Positions 11,041 through 20,008 of a DNA stretch of 64,000 bases are shown here, one piece after another. Both the position numbers and the translations under genes were made by a program. Where the stretch lies: assembly GCA_004431415.1 (NCBI GenBank), contig QPMI01000098.1, forward strand, positions 116,890 to 180,889. Reading direction: 5' to 3'. The stretch comes from Cyanophora paradoxa CCMP329 (taxonomy: Eukaryota; Plantae; Glaucophyta). Position 1 is the first letter of the stretch; every line of letters begins with the position of its first letter. The notes below the pieces were generated by a model. That model had not been told where the DNA came from and did not search any database. It saw nothing but the letters and a program-made list of their open reading frames with translations.

Positions 11041-11065
11041 TTACTTTAAGCTGAGAAAATATTTT
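11041..11065 (-). promoter_or_regulatory. Putative viral promoter motif AAAATATTTTCTCAGCTTAAAGTAA
   Basis: The same ~24-mer lies upstream of both ORF 10417-11025 and ORF 18327-18548 (about 18558-18582); looser AAAWTWWTTTCT versions precede the helicase and MCP genes. Confidence 0.6.
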
Positions 11066-11188
11066 CCTGTTGCCTAAATGTAGCGCGTTCTCCTTAAATC
11101 ATTTTGCGTTGCCCACGGGGCTTTCAATTTTTGACGATCCGCGGTGAGATTCTCACGTTTACTGTCAATAAAATCAGGCTACCTGAGC

Positions 11189-11235
11189 GTTTATTGTCAA
11201 GATTTTAATAATTAATGAAAATCTTGACAATAAAC
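11189..11235. terminator. Perfect 18-bp-stem hairpin downstream of the polymerase gene (putative 3'-end signal)
   Basis: GTTTATTGTCAAGATTTT, 11-nt loop, AAAATCTTGACAATAAAC; function is inferred. Confidence 0.5.
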
Positions 11236-11436
11236 ACCGCAAAACGCGCAATAAAAACGTGCAGTAAACAGTAAAATGGACGCCCCGATATGGGACGCGC
11301 ACCCGATCCCTAATTACTTCCTAATCGACCCGGACGACCCCGGATTAAAGTGCGTATGGCTTCTCCATATCCTAAGGCGACAGCTCCTTCAATTAGAGCG
11401 CAAACCAAGAAAAAGAACGCACGATAAGATAGACGA

Positions 11437-14400
11437 CTAACAGCCGAATGGAAGGCTATGTATGCCGTCGCCTGATATGCAGCGCTTGCCATCGAATTGG
11501 GTCAGCGCTATCCGCTTGCTCTCCAAATCATATAAGTGGTGGCATCGCCGTTGCTTGTTTACTACTGTTACTGTTTTTGTGATCCCGTCAAATAGGCAGC
11601 GCTTAAAGTCGTCGAAATGCACCTCTTTCGAGGCTGTCCCGCTCATTTTTACCTTGTCGTAGCTCTCGGTGCGGAAAGCATATAGCTTCGGTCGCAGCCC
11701 CACATACTCCACTATCTTGACGTCGGGCATCTCATTTTTATATTTACCGGGAACCATCCGGTTCTCGGGACTATTAGGGCAATCTAAATAAGGGCTGATC
11801 GCTCGCATGCCAGCTTCCAGATCCGCGCTCTCTATATACAGACAGAACGAGTCGGTATCGTGGAACAGCAGCTGAGCTTGCGAGAAAGTCGGTCGGATCA
11901 CGTCGTAAAAGAAGCTATAATTATGCAGCTTCGCAGCATCGAGCACATACGCGCCAATCGCAACCGGTTTATCGAGTTTTACGTGTTTACTATACATTTC
12001 GAATGCGACCGCGGTCTCGTTTAATACATTCGTCGCTTTTACCAGTGGGCTCGCGGCGTATTTCTTAAACAGCTTCGTGCTGTTCGCGATCTTTACCACG
12101 GAGCGCCCGCGACACGATTCCAGGCATTTACCGTAAATAGCATTATTCATCAATTTGAAAAAGTCGCTCTCGAATTTATTCCGGGCTTCCTTTCGCAGCT
12201 TCGTGTTCAGATCTATATAGGGCTTCATAAATGCAGCGGTTGCAAACGAGAGCACGCGGTGAATCTTAGTAACTACGATCCCCTTTTTTACCATATAGAG
12301 CAGCATCGGCTGAGAGACCACGTAATTATATTTCGGAGTAAACGAGGCGATCAGCTTCGGATCTTTACTGAGCTTCTCGCCGCTAATCTCCAAAAGCCCA
12401 CGCTGATATTTCCCGAGCATGTCCACAGTAATTACCTCTTTACTCACGATCAGCGGGAAATCGCGATGGTCGCCCTTTAAATAGTCCGGATATGCAAGGT
12501 CGACCTCTATAAATGCACTCCGCCCTACGACCTCGGTAAAAGCTGTGCTTGTGTCGTCCCAGCGATAGTCCCCGACCGGTAAAGGCTGACTGAGCGCATA
12601 GCCATACAGATTATTCGCATCCAATAGCACTATATGTTTATCCTCGCTATTAGCCTCGGCATATCGTGTGGGCATGGTCGCAAAGCCGCCCCTAATTGCC
12701 CTCTCAATAAATTCGTATTGATCCGCATCGCTGATCTGTTCAATTGCGACCCTCGTATGCTTTAACATCGCGTCCCACGATAGTCCCGGTGCGCTCACAT
12801 AATGCGTGGGATCCAGTCCGTATTGCTCATGTGCGAGCATACTGAATTTACCGAATTTTACCATGAGATCATTAACATCGGACGCCTGAAAATCCATGAA
12901 ATTCGATGCATCTATGAATTTGTAAAGTCCCCACTGTAAAGAGAGATACTCGTCGAAATTCTTACTTAGGATCTCGACCCGCAGCTTATCGTCTTGCTGT
13001 GCGATTTTCCTGAATAGAGCATGTCCGCACTCGTCCATCCGATCAATTACCACGGCTACTTTCGTTTGCTTTGAGATCCTCCTATGTAAATTGCATTTTC
13101 GGCAAGCTTTTCCTATATAATCGCCGCTTTGGTGACAGTGATCGCGCACAGGGAAGTTTTCGTGGGTAAACCGCTGATTGCATATATAGCAGTGCTTGGT
13201 GAGCTTATAGGCTTGCTTTTGCGCCTCTGTGAGCGGGATCATAGGCGTGTTGGTAAATAGGGTATTAAGCATCTCGCGGCACAGATCCCCTAACGTGGTA
13301 AACATCTGACCCAGCGGATCCACGCCCTCGAATTCGTGATTTTCAACATGCGAGCCCATAACTACATTAAGTGCCACCGACTTTACCTCTCGCTTGGTTC
13401 TATTTGGTTCATTAGGAACCGGCACCGACTCCATCTCTACCTTGCAGTAGCAGACAGTAGGAAGCCACACCATTTTCCTTAGGTGTTGCAGTCCGAAAGT
13501 AATAAAGCTTCCGGGCTCCGGGCATTTACCTTTACTCAGCCGCCAATCGATACAGCGATTAGAGTCGGTGTGGCTATCGAGTTTCTCCTGTGATCTAAAC
13601 CGGGACAAACAGGTTTCGCAGTAGAAAATGCGCCCGTCGTTTGCTTTATCAAAGGTGGTCTTTAATAGGCGGCTCAGTGACATGATCGTAATATAGTGAC
13701 CCTGTCCGTTTGCGTCCTCGATCAGCAGCAGGTTTACCTTTGATTTGCGACGCGGATTACTTGACATGTGCAATGGGTAAAAGGTTTGGGTCGCATTGTC
13801 GGCGCCATATATATTAATTGACAGCTCGGGATTATTGTCCTCGAAACGATCGATTATTTGGGCATCGCAAGCCACCGGGAAAGTAATGCCTGAGAAGTCG
13901 AGTTCAGTCAACCACCGCCTATATTGGAACGGATCATTACGTTTGTGTCTGTTTATGTCGTTTCTGTGCAGCCATGCGAGGATAGCGTAATTAAAACAGT
14001 CGTGACCATCGATATTCTTAATATTTACTGTGGCTCGCTTTAATCCAATCCATTCGGGGGTCTCAATGTAGCAACCGCCCATCGGCGCATATGACAAAAC
14101 GGCGACATGTAGCTTATCTAATTTACTGAGCCGGTAGCTGTCGACCTGTATCATCTGTTCATTCATTTGCTGAGCTACACCCACTAACTCAGTGAGAATA
14201 TTGCGCGACCTTGTGATTACGAAATAATCGCTGTAAATGTGTTTGGTGATAAAAACGTTAGGATCACTCACTTTTACGTATCGGCAGATGAATGTAAGGC
14301 GCACCTTAATAGCTTTAAGCTCGTCCAGCCTCTCTTTCAGCCGCCCAGGCAGATTTGCAGCGATGGTAGTGAGAAATTCCACCGGATCTAAGATTATCTG

Positions 14401-14700
14401 TTCATCCGCCTTATAGCTATACCAGGCGTATGCTTTATTCATTGCGAAACCGTCGTCCTCATCGGGTTCTATGACGGCTAAGCGCCGCCCTTCGGTATAG
14501 AAGCGCTCCACATTTTCCAGGCGATTGTAAAGCTCGTCGGCAATATTCGCAAGGTTAGCTAAGCGGGGTTTTCGATCTAAGATCGCCGCCCTCCGATCGT
14601 ATTCGGCTTCGGTGATCTCCCCAGTGACTAAAAGACTACCTAACAAGCCTAATATTTCGTCCTTTTTCTCTTTTATAAGGCGATTAGTTTGGCGGGGCAT
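11437..14700 (-). CDS. polB: Polinton-type (protein-primed family) B DNA polymerase with putative OTU-like, C2H2 and endonuclease VII-like domains
   Basis: Polymerase motifs LLDANNLYG, FKLMNNAIYGK, HDTDSF, GKYKNE, GLRPKLYA; CETCLSRFRSQEKLDSH; CYIC...VRDHCHQSGDYIGKACRKCN. Confidence 0.93.
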   Translation of the reverse strand: MPRQTNRLIKEKKDEILGLLGSLLVTGEITEAEYDRRAAILDRKPRLANLANIADELYNRLENVERFYTEGRRLAVIEPDEDDGFAMNKAYAWYSYKADEQIILDPVEFLTTIAANLPGRLKERLDELKAIKVRLTFICRYVKVSDPNVFITKHIYSDYFVITRSRNILTELVGVAQQMNEQMIQVDSYRLSKLDKLHVAVLSYAPMGGCYIETPEWIGLKRATVNIKNIDGHDCFNYAILAWLHRNDINRHKRNDPFQYRRWLTELDFSGITFPVACDAQIIDRFEDNNPELSINIYGADNATQTFYPLHMSSNPRRKSKVNLLLIEDANGQGHYITIMSLSRLLKTTFDKANDGRIFYCETCLSRFRSQEKLDSHTDSNRCIDWRLSKGKCPEPGSFITFGLQHLRKMVWLPTVCYCKVEMESVPVPNEPNRTKREVKSVALNVVMGSHVENHEFEGVDPLGQMFTTLGDLCREMLNTLFTNTPMIPLTEAQKQAYKLTKHCYICNQRFTHENFPVRDHCHQSGDYIGKACRKCNLHRRISKQTKVAVVIDRMDECGHALFRKIAQQDDKLRVEILSKNFDEYLSLQWGLYKFIDASNFMDFQASDVNDLMVKFGKFSMLAHEQYGLDPTHYVSAPGLSWDAMLKHTRVAIEQISDADQYEFIERAIRGGFATMPTRYAEANSEDKHIVLLDANNLYGYALSQPLPVGDYRWDDTSTAFTEVVGRSAFIEVDLAYPDYLKGDHRDFPLIVSKEVITVDMLGKYQRGLLEISGEKLSKDPKLIASFTPKYNYVVSQPMLLYMVKKGIVVTKIHRVLSFATAAFMKPYIDLNTKLRKEARNKFESDFFKLMNNAIYGKCLESCRGRSVVKIANSTKLFKKYAASPLVKATNVLNETAVAFEMYSKHVKLDKPVAIGAYVLDAAKLHNYSFFYDVIRPTFSQAQLLFHDTDSFCLYIESADLEAGMRAISPYLDCPNSPENRMVPGKYKNEMPDVKIVEYVGLRPKLYAFRTESYDKVKMSGTASKEVHFDDFKRCLFDGITKTVTVVNKQRRCHHLYDLESKRIALTQFDGKRCISGDGIHSLPFGC

Positions 14701-14722
14701 CTTTTACTCTAAGGGAACATTT

Positions 14723-15019
14723 TTATTTCTCATTTTCGGCGCGTTTCGCAAGTTTCTGTTGGAGTCTAAGCCTAGCAACTCCTCGCGAATGATTCTTCTT
14801 CGCACAGTGTATGAAGTGATCTGAATCAAATGCGATAGAATTTACAAACTTATCTACTCGTTTCTGAAAGCGTTTCTTTGAGAATTTGCACTCATTGAGC
14901 TGATTTTCATTAATAGCACACTTCGAGCACCCAGCCTTTGTTAGAGTGGTCGTTACAGCCTCCATGTCCAGATAGGTGACGGGACAGGCTTCCGCATACG
15001 CCTCCGGATAGGTCGCCAT
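14723..15019 (-). CDS. Viral hypothetical protein (98 aa)
   Basis: ATG ORF tightly packed upstream of polB on the same strand. Confidence 0.55.
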   Translation of the reverse strand: MATYPEAYAEACPVTYLDMEAVTTTLTKAGCSKCAINENQLNECKFSKKRFQKRVDKFVNSIAFDSDHFIHCAKKNHSRGVARLRLQQKLAKRAENEK

Positions 15020-15081
15020 GTTTCTTAGTGTGTATTAGTGTGGTTCTGTGTCTGAAAATAATTTTTCCCGATGATCAAATT

Positions 15082-15354
15082 TTACGGACTTTGTATGGTG
15101 CGCCCCGACAAATTTTTCCCAGCGAGCTTACTGACGCTCCTGACCGAGAGCTTTACGTTTTCGGGCAGCTCTATAACAAGTTGTATATCGCCCGATTTGA
15201 TGACGTGGGTGCGGGTCTTTTTACCGCGGCAATTCGGGTAGTAACCGAATATTCGCCTGAAAAGATCCTGTGTGGCTTCAATATCCATGGTCGCGGTTTG
15301 AGTGATCTCGTCCGCAGTCAGGACATGCGTATAGGTCGGTCTGATAGCGGTCAT
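15082..15354 (-). CDS. Viral hypothetical protein (90 aa)
   Basis: ATG ORF co-oriented with the replication module; preferred over the overlapping GTG-start + strand ORF. Confidence 0.45.
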   Translation of the reverse strand: MTAIRPTYTHVLTADEITQTATMDIEATQDLFRRIFGYYPNCRGKKTRTHVIKSGDIQLVIELPENVKLSVRSVSKLAGKNLSGRTIQSP

Positions 15355-15440
15355 TGTGTTGTCAGTATATACAATCAGAGAAAGGCTTATATACCTTTGT
15401 CAAATTTTGAGAATGGCACGATATATAGTATACAAAATAA

Positions 15441-15710
15441 TAAACTACTTAATTAATATAATAAACTACATGAAACTACTTGACTTTCCTTGAAACACTA
15501 CGCAACTTGAAACCAAAACTACGCAATTAATACCAAAACTACGCAACTACGCAACTTTTGCGCTTTTCAGAATTTTTGCCGCCCCGAATCTCAAACCTTT
15601 TGCAGAAAGTTGCGTAGTTGCGTAGTTTTGGTATTAAATGCGTAGTTTCCAGTATTAAATTGCGTAGCTTCGCTATGTAGTTGCGTAGTTACTAAAAAAT
15701 GATGTAGTTA
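15441..15710. repeat. Internal copy of the ACTACGCA palindromic cassette directly after the helicase stop codon (putative origin)
   Basis: ACCAAAACTACGCAACTACGCAACTT...CCGCCCCGAA...AAGTTGCGTAGTTGCGTAGTTTTGGT, closely matching about 33340-33590 of the TIR. Confidence 0.85.
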
Positions 15711-15729
15711 TTAATTGTTTCCGTGTCGC

Positions 15730-18144
15730 TTATGCTTCAATATCGTCCTCATCTTCGTCTTCGAACTGTGTCTTGGCGATCTTAGTGAGCCCCTTATAAA
15801 CTCGCTTCGACTTCCCTTTAATTGTAGTCACAGTCGATTCAATCTTGAATGTTTCGAGCACTTTGTTACTGATAGTGCGAGTGGTAACCTTTGTCTTGAT
15901 ATCGTAGCTTCGCATCATTTCCGCGCAAGCTTTGAATACCTCATCGCAGGCAACATGGGCGCCCTTCTCATCTGATGGTTTGTAGTTTTCGCGCAGATAG
16001 GAACCCAGCTTATCGCTGTCGTCGAGATATTTGGCGCTATGCTCGATGACAGATTGCGGCGGGTTTTGCAGGATCTCTTTTACTTTGCCAGTAGCGAGCA
16101 TATCGATGAGAATCTGAATATTTGCCCGCTTGTATTCATTTTTCTCGTCGCCCTCAAACATTTCCATGAGAGTTTCGTCCGCTTTCTTCTCTCCGGCTTT
16201 GGGATTAGGTGAGTAAACAGAGCGGAATGGGATCGATCTGAACCGACGCTTAATAGCTTTGTCGGGCTTTTCGATTTCCAGATTATTGTTGCACAGGATC
16301 ACCATAGTAAACCGAGGCTTGAAATCAATAGGATCCTTGAAAAGTCCTCGGGCTGTGCAGAGCTCGCCACCTGTCAGTGTCTTCATCATACCGCATAGAA
16401 GCTTGTCGCCATCATTAGGCTCGTTTGCATGGGTAAGCCGGACACCTTGCTTATTAGCAAGCTCGGGAATCGGGCTATTTGCTTTGTGGACTTGTGTGAG
16501 CAAAGTAATGCTAATCGGGCGAGCATAATCACCGAATGTCTCTTGCATAAACGTTTCAATCACACTCTTTCCATTAGCACCGACACCTGTGAATAGATAG
16601 AACGTTTGCAGGTCGGTTTTACCTGTGAGTGCATATGCATAGAGGCTGATCAGGTAATTGTAGAGTTCCATATCTCCGCCACAGATATCCAAATAAATGT
16701 CTTTCAGTCTTTTAACCTTTGCCTCATCAACTTCCTCGCAGTAATCAAAGCCGACAGTCTTGCTCACCATATCTTCCGTCGTCCCCTTGCGGAAAGTCAT
16801 ATTATTTAAATCAAACACGCCATTAGTAAACCCCACAATATTGGGAACTGTGTCCAGAGTCGCCATAAAGTCATCGTCTTGCAGCTGTGTGATAATATGC
16901 GGTTCCAGTGACTTTTGATACGGTGTATTCTGAATCCTCTTATGAATTGCCAGCAACATGTTGGCGCTCTTCTCAGCTTTTTCCTTCACAAGATCATCTC
17001 CACTTGCCCTGAGAGCATTGGAAAGATGATAGCCCGCCCTCTTAGAGAACCACTGTGCCACATGCTCGGGGATCTTAGAAAGTAGCGACTTCTCCGTTTT
17101 ATCATATTTCCAAATACCATTTTCGGGGTTCAGGTTAAACCAGACCTTATTTGAATATTTCGTGGTCGCTTTCAGGATCTTGGCGCAGATGATTGCAACA
17201 GGATAATGGGCACCTTCAACTGAAACGGTCTTGTCAATGAGAGTATTAATTTCTAAATGGTGCTTCTCTTCCTCGGTCAGCTCTATGTTAACCGAGAACT
17301 CTTTCGGCTCGCAGTTCTCGCTATAACTCTTCACAATATACTCGTTATACTTGCCATCTCGCTTTTTCTTCACCCACCAGTTATTGGAATCGTGGGATTC
17401 ATCGCAGCAGGGACACAGGAACCCCTTGTTAGCCGAATTAAAGTCAAAGCCCTCATCGCGGCGTGCATAGATGTTTGGGAATAGGAACCCCATCCCACAC
17501 AGCCCGGTAATAATAGCAGCTTCGGTATTATCCTTGCTCGAATTTCCCGCTTTCGGCTGTGGATTATTGGCATGCTTGTAATCGTAGTTCTCGATAATCC
17601 ATTTACGGAAAGCGTCGGAGGGCTCATTAAACTTGCACGACGATGCCCACGGCTTAATTACCCAGGTCTTATTAGGGCTTGGGCATACATTGAGAAGTCC
17701 CGCAGTGCCAGTGCCAGTGATGGTTTTGAGGTCGACCTTCTTGTATCCCTTAAAAGCCGGCGCGCTATCTGTGATTTTCAGCTTATCGAACTCATCAGGG
17801 CGTCGAAAGAATACATGGTAGCCCTTACGAGTCTTTTCGAGTGGCTGATGGGCATCGAAATCATCGGGAAACATCTCAACGAATTTCTGATAGGTTTCCT
17901 CATCGTCGAAATCGACGACCATCATCGAATTCGACAGCAGAATGCCCCAATTAGTGAACTGATTGGACTTAAAGGCTTCGTCGTATCGTTCCCAGTTCCA
18001 AACACCGCCTTTATGGGTGTAGGCGGGCTTTTTAACCTCGTCTTTCATGGGAATAATCGTGTTTTTCGACAAGGTCTCATCGCCACGCAGCCAGTCAGCG
18101 AGCTCTTGGAGTAAAGTCTTTTGTTTCAACGTCATCTTTGCCAT
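15730..18144 (-). CDS. Primase-polymerase (AEP/Prim-Pol) fused to a D5-like superfamily 3 helicase
   Basis: N-terminal NWGIL...VVDFD...TRKGYHVFF; Zn-binding CPCC..H..C; D5_N FTNGVFDL; Walker A GVGANGKS, Walker B-like ANEP, motif C ILCNN, AIKRR; likely ATG at 18144. Confidence 0.92.
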   Translation of the reverse strand: MAKMTLKQKTLLQELADWLRGDETLSKNTIIPMKDEVKKPAYTHKGGVWNWERYDEAFKSNQFTNWGILLSNSMMVVDFDDEETYQKFVEMFPDDFDAHQPLEKTRKGYHVFFRRPDEFDKLKITDSAPAFKGYKKVDLKTITGTGTAGLLNVCPSPNKTWVIKPWASSCKFNEPSDAFRKWIIENYDYKHANNPQPKAGNSSKDNTEAAIITGLCGMGFLFPNIYARRDEGFDFNSANKGFLCPCCDESHDSNNWWVKKKRDGKYNEYIVKSYSENCEPKEFSVNIELTEEEKHHLEINTLIDKTVSVEGAHYPVAIICAKILKATTKYSNKVWFNLNPENGIWKYDKTEKSLLSKIPEHVAQWFSKRAGYHLSNALRASGDDLVKEKAEKSANMLLAIHKRIQNTPYQKSLEPHIITQLQDDDFMATLDTVPNIVGFTNGVFDLNNMTFRKGTTEDMVSKTVGFDYCEEVDEAKVKRLKDIYLDICGGDMELYNYLISLYAYALTGKTDLQTFYLFTGVGANGKSVIETFMQETFGDYARPISITLLTQVHKANSPIPELANKQGVRLTHANEPNDGDKLLCGMMKTLTGGELCTARGLFKDPIDFKPRFTMVILCNNNLEIEKPDKAIKRRFRSIPFRSVYSPNPKAGEKKADETLMEMFEGDEKNEYKRANIQILIDMLATGKVKEILQNPPQSVIEHSAKYLDDSDKLGSYLRENYKPSDEKGAHVACDEVFKACAEMMRSYDIKTKVTTRTISNKVLETFKIESTVTTIKGKSKRVYKGLTKIAKTQFEDEDEDDIEA

Positions 18145-18326
18145 TTTCGATGTCTTTCTACCTTTATACAAGAAATTAATTTTTCTTAGGCTGATCAAAT
18201 TTTGGCGAGTTGTCTTTAAATGCCCTACAAATTTTTTCCCGATGACTAAAAACGATTAGGAAGCTTGCCGATATGCATCGGAAAGCCGCTTGAAAAATGA
18301 GGAATGGGTTCAGCGGCGGATTGCGT

Positions 18327-18548
18327 TCAATACTTGCGGGGTCGCCCGCGGTTTCCATTATGGATGCCCTCTTCTTGCTTGCGACGATAGTAATATTCCA
18401 GCGCCTTTTTCTTTTTTAATTCGCGATATTCGGGATCGTCGTTATATCGCATCCGCTGTTTATATATGTCCCTGACACGCCAGCCCGCCTTATCGAGATC
18501 TACCGGGTTCCCGTTCTTATCATACACAGTCATAGCATGCGTCTCCAT
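18327..18548 (-). CDS. Small basic protein with C-terminal AT-hook-like RGRPRK (putative DNA-binding)
   Basis: RYNDDPEYRELKKKKALEYYYRRK..RGRPRKY; the promoter-like motif lies upstream. Confidence 0.65.
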   Translation of the reverse strand: METHAMTVYDKNGNPVDLDKAGWRVRDIYKQRMRYNDDPEYRELKKKKALEYYYRRKQEEGIHNGNRGRPRKY

Positions 18549-18765
18549 TGGTTTACCTTACTTTAAGCTGAGAAAATATTTTTATCAGTGGTCTTTGCTA
18601 TTTCTTCTTTAAATGATTTTCTGAGCTGTCATTTTTTGTGACCGAATCGAGCTCGTCTCTACGTTTTTTAATAGCGGCTTCCAGTGCATATTGCGCGCAT
18701 TTCCTGTATAGGATCGCGTAGAGATCAGGGTCGGGCATTCGATACTATTTAACGCGAAAATAGTT

Positions 18766-19248
18766 TCAGCGATCGTATTCGCCCAAATAAAGCGGATTTA
18801 TTGGCGGATATGGCGAATCAACGCGAATATGACCTTCTACGAAATTAGGGCACGACCGGCGTCGTATATAGGATACTTGCACGTCTTCTATTGCTACCTG
18901 TGGGATTATATTGGAGTCAGCGGGCACAGGCGAGGGCGATCGGGATCGTGGGCGATCGTGATTATCGCTGTGGTTGGAATATACAGATAATCGCCTACCT
19001 CCATTATCCTCGTCCGAAATGTCAACCTCTACGGTTGTCTCGCAGCAGGAGTTATGGCACGTGCTTGTGAAATGCAGGTGAAACATCTCAATGCATTGTG
19101 TGATGAAATTCATAGATCCTAATATTGCACAACGTATTAAATATTGGAGAAAAGAAAAAGGAATGAGGGTGTTACTTGCTCGCCTGTTCCCATACGAATT
19201 AGTCGACCTTATAATGGTGTTTGTGGAGCCGTCCTGTCCCTTTTGCAA
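18766..19248 (-). CDS. Viral hypothetical protein (start uncertain, possibly ATG 19113)
   Basis: Co-oriented ORF with an RSRSPSP low-complexity stretch; an overlapping + strand ORF (19091-19342) is an alternative. Confidence 0.4.
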   Translation of the reverse strand: MQKGQDGSTNTIIRSTNSYGNRRASNTLIPFSFLQYLIRCAILGSMNFITQCIEMFHLHFTSTCHNSCCETTVEVDISDEDNGGRRLSVYSNHSDNHDRPRSRSPSPVPADSNIIPQVAIEDVQVSYIRRRSCPNFVEGHIRVDSPYPPINPLYLGEYDR

Positions 19249-19313
19249 GGGAATTCATATTAAGACCCGCTCTAAATACGGGCGGATTCATTTATGTTTG
19301 AACGACTTGCACA

Positions 19314-19985
19314 TTAGAAGCGACGACGCCCACCAAACATAGATGACAGATTGGCACCCGGCTGTGCATGCACACCCGATGGGTTAACGAAACCGCCCGG
19401 CTTTGGTGCATTTTCAGCTATGACTGTCTCTTTTCTTTCGACTGTCTGAACATCGGGAACAGTCGCCCGCTTCTTTTCCATTTCCACGCGAACAGCTTGT
19501 TTAATCAGCTTGCGCTGTTTGTATTCCTTAGTGAAATCATCAAAGGCTCGCACAGTAGTGTCGTATGTAGCCAGTCGCGCTTCGAGCGCCCTAAACTTCT
19601 CCTCTAATTCCTGACCGACTTTCTCGCCCTTGGTCACATAGACAGATGCCCGCTTTTTAGGGGCTTCCATCGATGCAGGTAAAGCGGCTGTTGCTTCGGC
19701 TTTTACCACCTTGTTATCAGTAAGCTTTTCCCCTGTGAGCTGTGATTCAGCGAGGGATTGATCCGCCAGCTTTCTGTCAGTGGAATCGACCGGCTCCCGC
19801 TTAGCATCCACCTTTTGAGCACGCTCTGAAACCTTGGTATTCGGATCGATTAGGTCGAAATCTATTTGGTCAGAAGCCGCAGCACCACCAGTGCGACCAG
19901 CATCCTCCGCAGGATTAATCTTGCCAGCGACAACAGCGCTTTGATCTTCCATTTGGATCGCTTTCCGCGAGTTCTTGGGTGGCAT
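19314..19985 (-). CDS. Viral hypothetical coiled-coil protein (223 aa)
   Basis: ATG ORF immediately downstream of the ATPase, charged helical composition. Confidence 0.7.
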   Translation of the reverse strand: MPPKNSRKAIQMEDQSAVVAGKINPAEDAGRTGGAAASDQIDFDLIDPNTKVSERAQKVDAKREPVDSTDRKLADQSLAESQLTGEKLTDNKVVKAEATAALPASMEAPKKRASVYVTKGEKVGQELEEKFRALEARLATYDTTVRAFDDFTKEYKQRKLIKQAVRVEMEKKRATVPDVQTVERKETVIAENAPKPGGFVNPSGVHAQPGANLSSMFGGRRRF

Positions 19986-20008
19986 TTATCATTATGCGAG
20001 AAATTTAT

